A stretch of 64,000 bases of DNA from Eledone cirrhosa (taxonomy: Eukaryota): assembly GCA_964016885.1 (NCBI GenBank), contig OZ024751.1, positions 19,096,001 through 19,160,000 of the forward strand, given 5' to 3'. Made by a program: the position numbers and the translations under genes. Numbering within the stretch: position 1 is the stretch's first letter; each line of letters opens with the position of its first letter. The notes beneath the pieces are model-generated. The model worked only from the letters and a program-made list of their open reading frames with translations. It searched no databases and was not told where the DNA came from. Of this stretch, positions 61,297-64,000 are shown piece by piece.

Positions 61297-61325
61297 GTGT
61301 ATGTTTATATACATATATATATATA

Positions 61326-61510
61326 TAACGAAGGAACTGTGGTAAGGAACCAGATGGACCATAACGCACCAAAGTACTCAATACTTAGGGTAGTAGAGTG
61401 GGTAATAGGAACAAGTATGACCCCGACGGTAGAGCTCAAGCCGTTTCGACGGCTATTTCATATACATGCGTCGAAACGGCTTGAGCTCTGCCGTCGGGGT
61501 CATACTTGTT

Positions 61511-61512
<2 letters not shown>
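61326..61512 (-). mobile_element. Hairpin-plus-tail family H copy 5
   Basis: Reverse orientation; ggaacaagtatgaccccgacgg / ccgtcggggtcatacttgttcc. Confidence 0.8.
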
Positions 61513-61591
<79 letters not shown>

Positions 61592-62377
61592 ATGTATATA
61601 TGCGTATGTTTATATATATATACATACATAGGTATATATATACATATACATAGGTACATATATATATATATATATATATATGATTTATGGTATAAGACCG
61701 TGTATGTTTATGTATCCAGATGCGAGTTCTCTTTTGCATATGTGTGAACGAGTTAGTGGTGTATGTGTACGTATATAAGTGTGCATCCTTGCGTTTGTGT
61801 TCGTGATTATTTGGTATTCATATTTGTGTATGTGCCACTCTGTGTATGTATGTATGAATGCAATGTATATATCAACGTCAGTGCCTCTGTGTATGTGTCT
61901 ATGATATAACATGTATGTGGTGGAACACTGAATAAGCGTACGCAAGAGAAAAAAAACAACAACTTGCCGTTATAGTGTGTATATGTATATGTATTTGTAT
62001 GTGTTTGCTTGAGTGTGTTTGTAAGTGTATGTGTTTCTTTGTGTGTGCGTGTGGTACGTGCCAACAAGCTTTCTATTTAAGAAAAAAAGTCACGTGCTAC
62101 AGTTCGCCATGTTGGCATGCTTCAATGAACGCCATTGATGGTGTGGAACCGACGTAGTTGATTTGTTCAAATTTAACAAAGTGACAGCGTCTAGAGGCGC
62201 TTAAACCTATTTCTGTATGTGCATCTCTGTTTGAATATCTCTGTGTGTGTGTACGTGTGTGTATGTGTGTGTATGTGTGTGTATGTGTGTGTTTGTGTGT
62301 GTGTACGCATTCATGTCATCTGTGTTCCTTCGACTAAAATATATACAGCTCTCTCTCCAATTCTTTCTCTATCTCGG

Positions 62378-62468
<91 letters not shown>

Positions 62469-62469
62469 A

Positions 62470-62501
<32 letters not shown>

Positions 62502-62528
62502 GTGTATATATAAATATATATATATGTG

Positions 62529-62627
<99 letters not shown>

Positions 62628-62825
62628 TGTATGTATATACTTATATATATATATATGTGTGTGTATGAGAGGTTATATCCAATAAAAATTCAGTGTTAAC
62701 GATGCTATGACCTATCGGTTTCGAATGAATAAATCGATGAATAAAAATTCACTCCACGTATTCAAATACACACAGACACACACATAGGCTCATCCATATA
62801 TATACATATATATATATACATATAT

Positions 62826-62883
<58 letters not shown>

Positions 62884-63152
62884 TACTGCCTAAAAGACCA
62901 TATAATCTGGATTTATATACATGCACAATTATCAATGTTATGTACGGGTGTTTGTTTATGTGTCTATAGGTAGTGGTATGTATGTATGTATGTATGTATG
63001 TTTGTATGTATGTAGGCATGTATATGTGAATGCATGTATATACGTGTATATGTATGTCTATAGTCAAAGAGAGATCGTTAATGTAAGAAAGTATGAACGG
63101 GAGATATACAATGATTTATAGAGAAACAGATGTATACATAAACATATATACG

Positions 63153-63195
<43 letters not shown>

Positions 63196-63593
63196 GTGCG
63201 TGTGTGTGTGTGTGCTGTTGATTATGACTGTGCTATAAGAGTGTCTGTGTTGCGTGTGTGTGCTTTGTTTAATACAGGTGGCCGTGGTGGTTATTTGTTT
63301 CGTAAATGTGAGAAAGAAAATGTTCTAGTTCTTTTTCCTTTCGTCAATTATTTAACGCATGCGCTGTAGTACATTTAATTTCTAAACTAGACCTTTACAA
63401 AATCACCCAATTTCCAGTTAGATAAGCTTATTCAATGACAATAAATAATGTACAGAATCAAACATTTAATAAGATAGTGATTTCCGACCGGTAATCAGTA
63501 TTTAATCTTTGACAATTAAACGAGCAAGGAAATTAGCTGATGGATTGTTATGTTAGTTAACACTCATATTATATTGACATATTCATAATTGAT

Positions 63594-63985
63594 TCTGATT
63601 TAGGCGCAAGGCAAACAATTTTGGGCGAGGAGAAAGTCGATTATACTTTATTTTATCGACCCTGTAAGGATGAAAGGCAAAGCTAACCTCGGTGGGATTT
63701 AAACTCAGAACGTAAAGGGACATAAATCTATGTCGAAAAGTTTGTTGTCTGACGCTCTACTGATACTGCCAATCCTCTATTAACATATACATGATAATAA
63801 TTGTTTCTACTTTTGGAACAAGGCCAGCAATTACCCAGTACATTACTGGTACATTATTTTATCGACCCCGTAAGGATGAAAGGCAAAGTTAACCTCGGCG
63901 GGATTTGAACTCAGATCATACAGGGAGGTAACTCTATGCTTCAAAGCATGGCGTCCGACCCTCTACCGATACTGCCAATCCACTG
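63594..63985 (-). mobile_element. Nin/Deu SINE pair (long-tail and short-tail)
   Basis: Cores at about 63650 and 63860. Confidence 0.85.
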
Positions 63986-64000
63986 ATTAATGATTTCTAC

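Overview
Eukaryotic, AT-rich, intergenic or intronic DNA packed with repeats. No intact host protein-coding gene can be supported, and almost all listed ORFs are microsatellite artefacts. The extreme (TA)n/(CA)n/(CATA)n density and a tRNA-headed SINE with a Nin/Deu-type core suggest a cephalopod (Octopus-like) genome; this is inference. The window holds about 30 SINE copies, often in head-to-tail stacks, one of which has become a 103-bp tandem array. It also holds decayed LINE fragments (RTE, Tx1/L1-like, R4/Dong-like), a bipartite non-autonomous RTE (2 copies), Tc1/mariner-type MITEs, two unrelated 41-bp minisatellites and long simple repeats. The most notable signal is several families of short non-coding elements embedded in (TA)n. 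They form fold-back inverted repeats and/or carry minimal hammerhead-ribozyme motifs, which fits Penelope-like pseudo-LTR or retrozyme-like elements. All coordinates were read by eye, and boundaries of decayed repeats are approximate.
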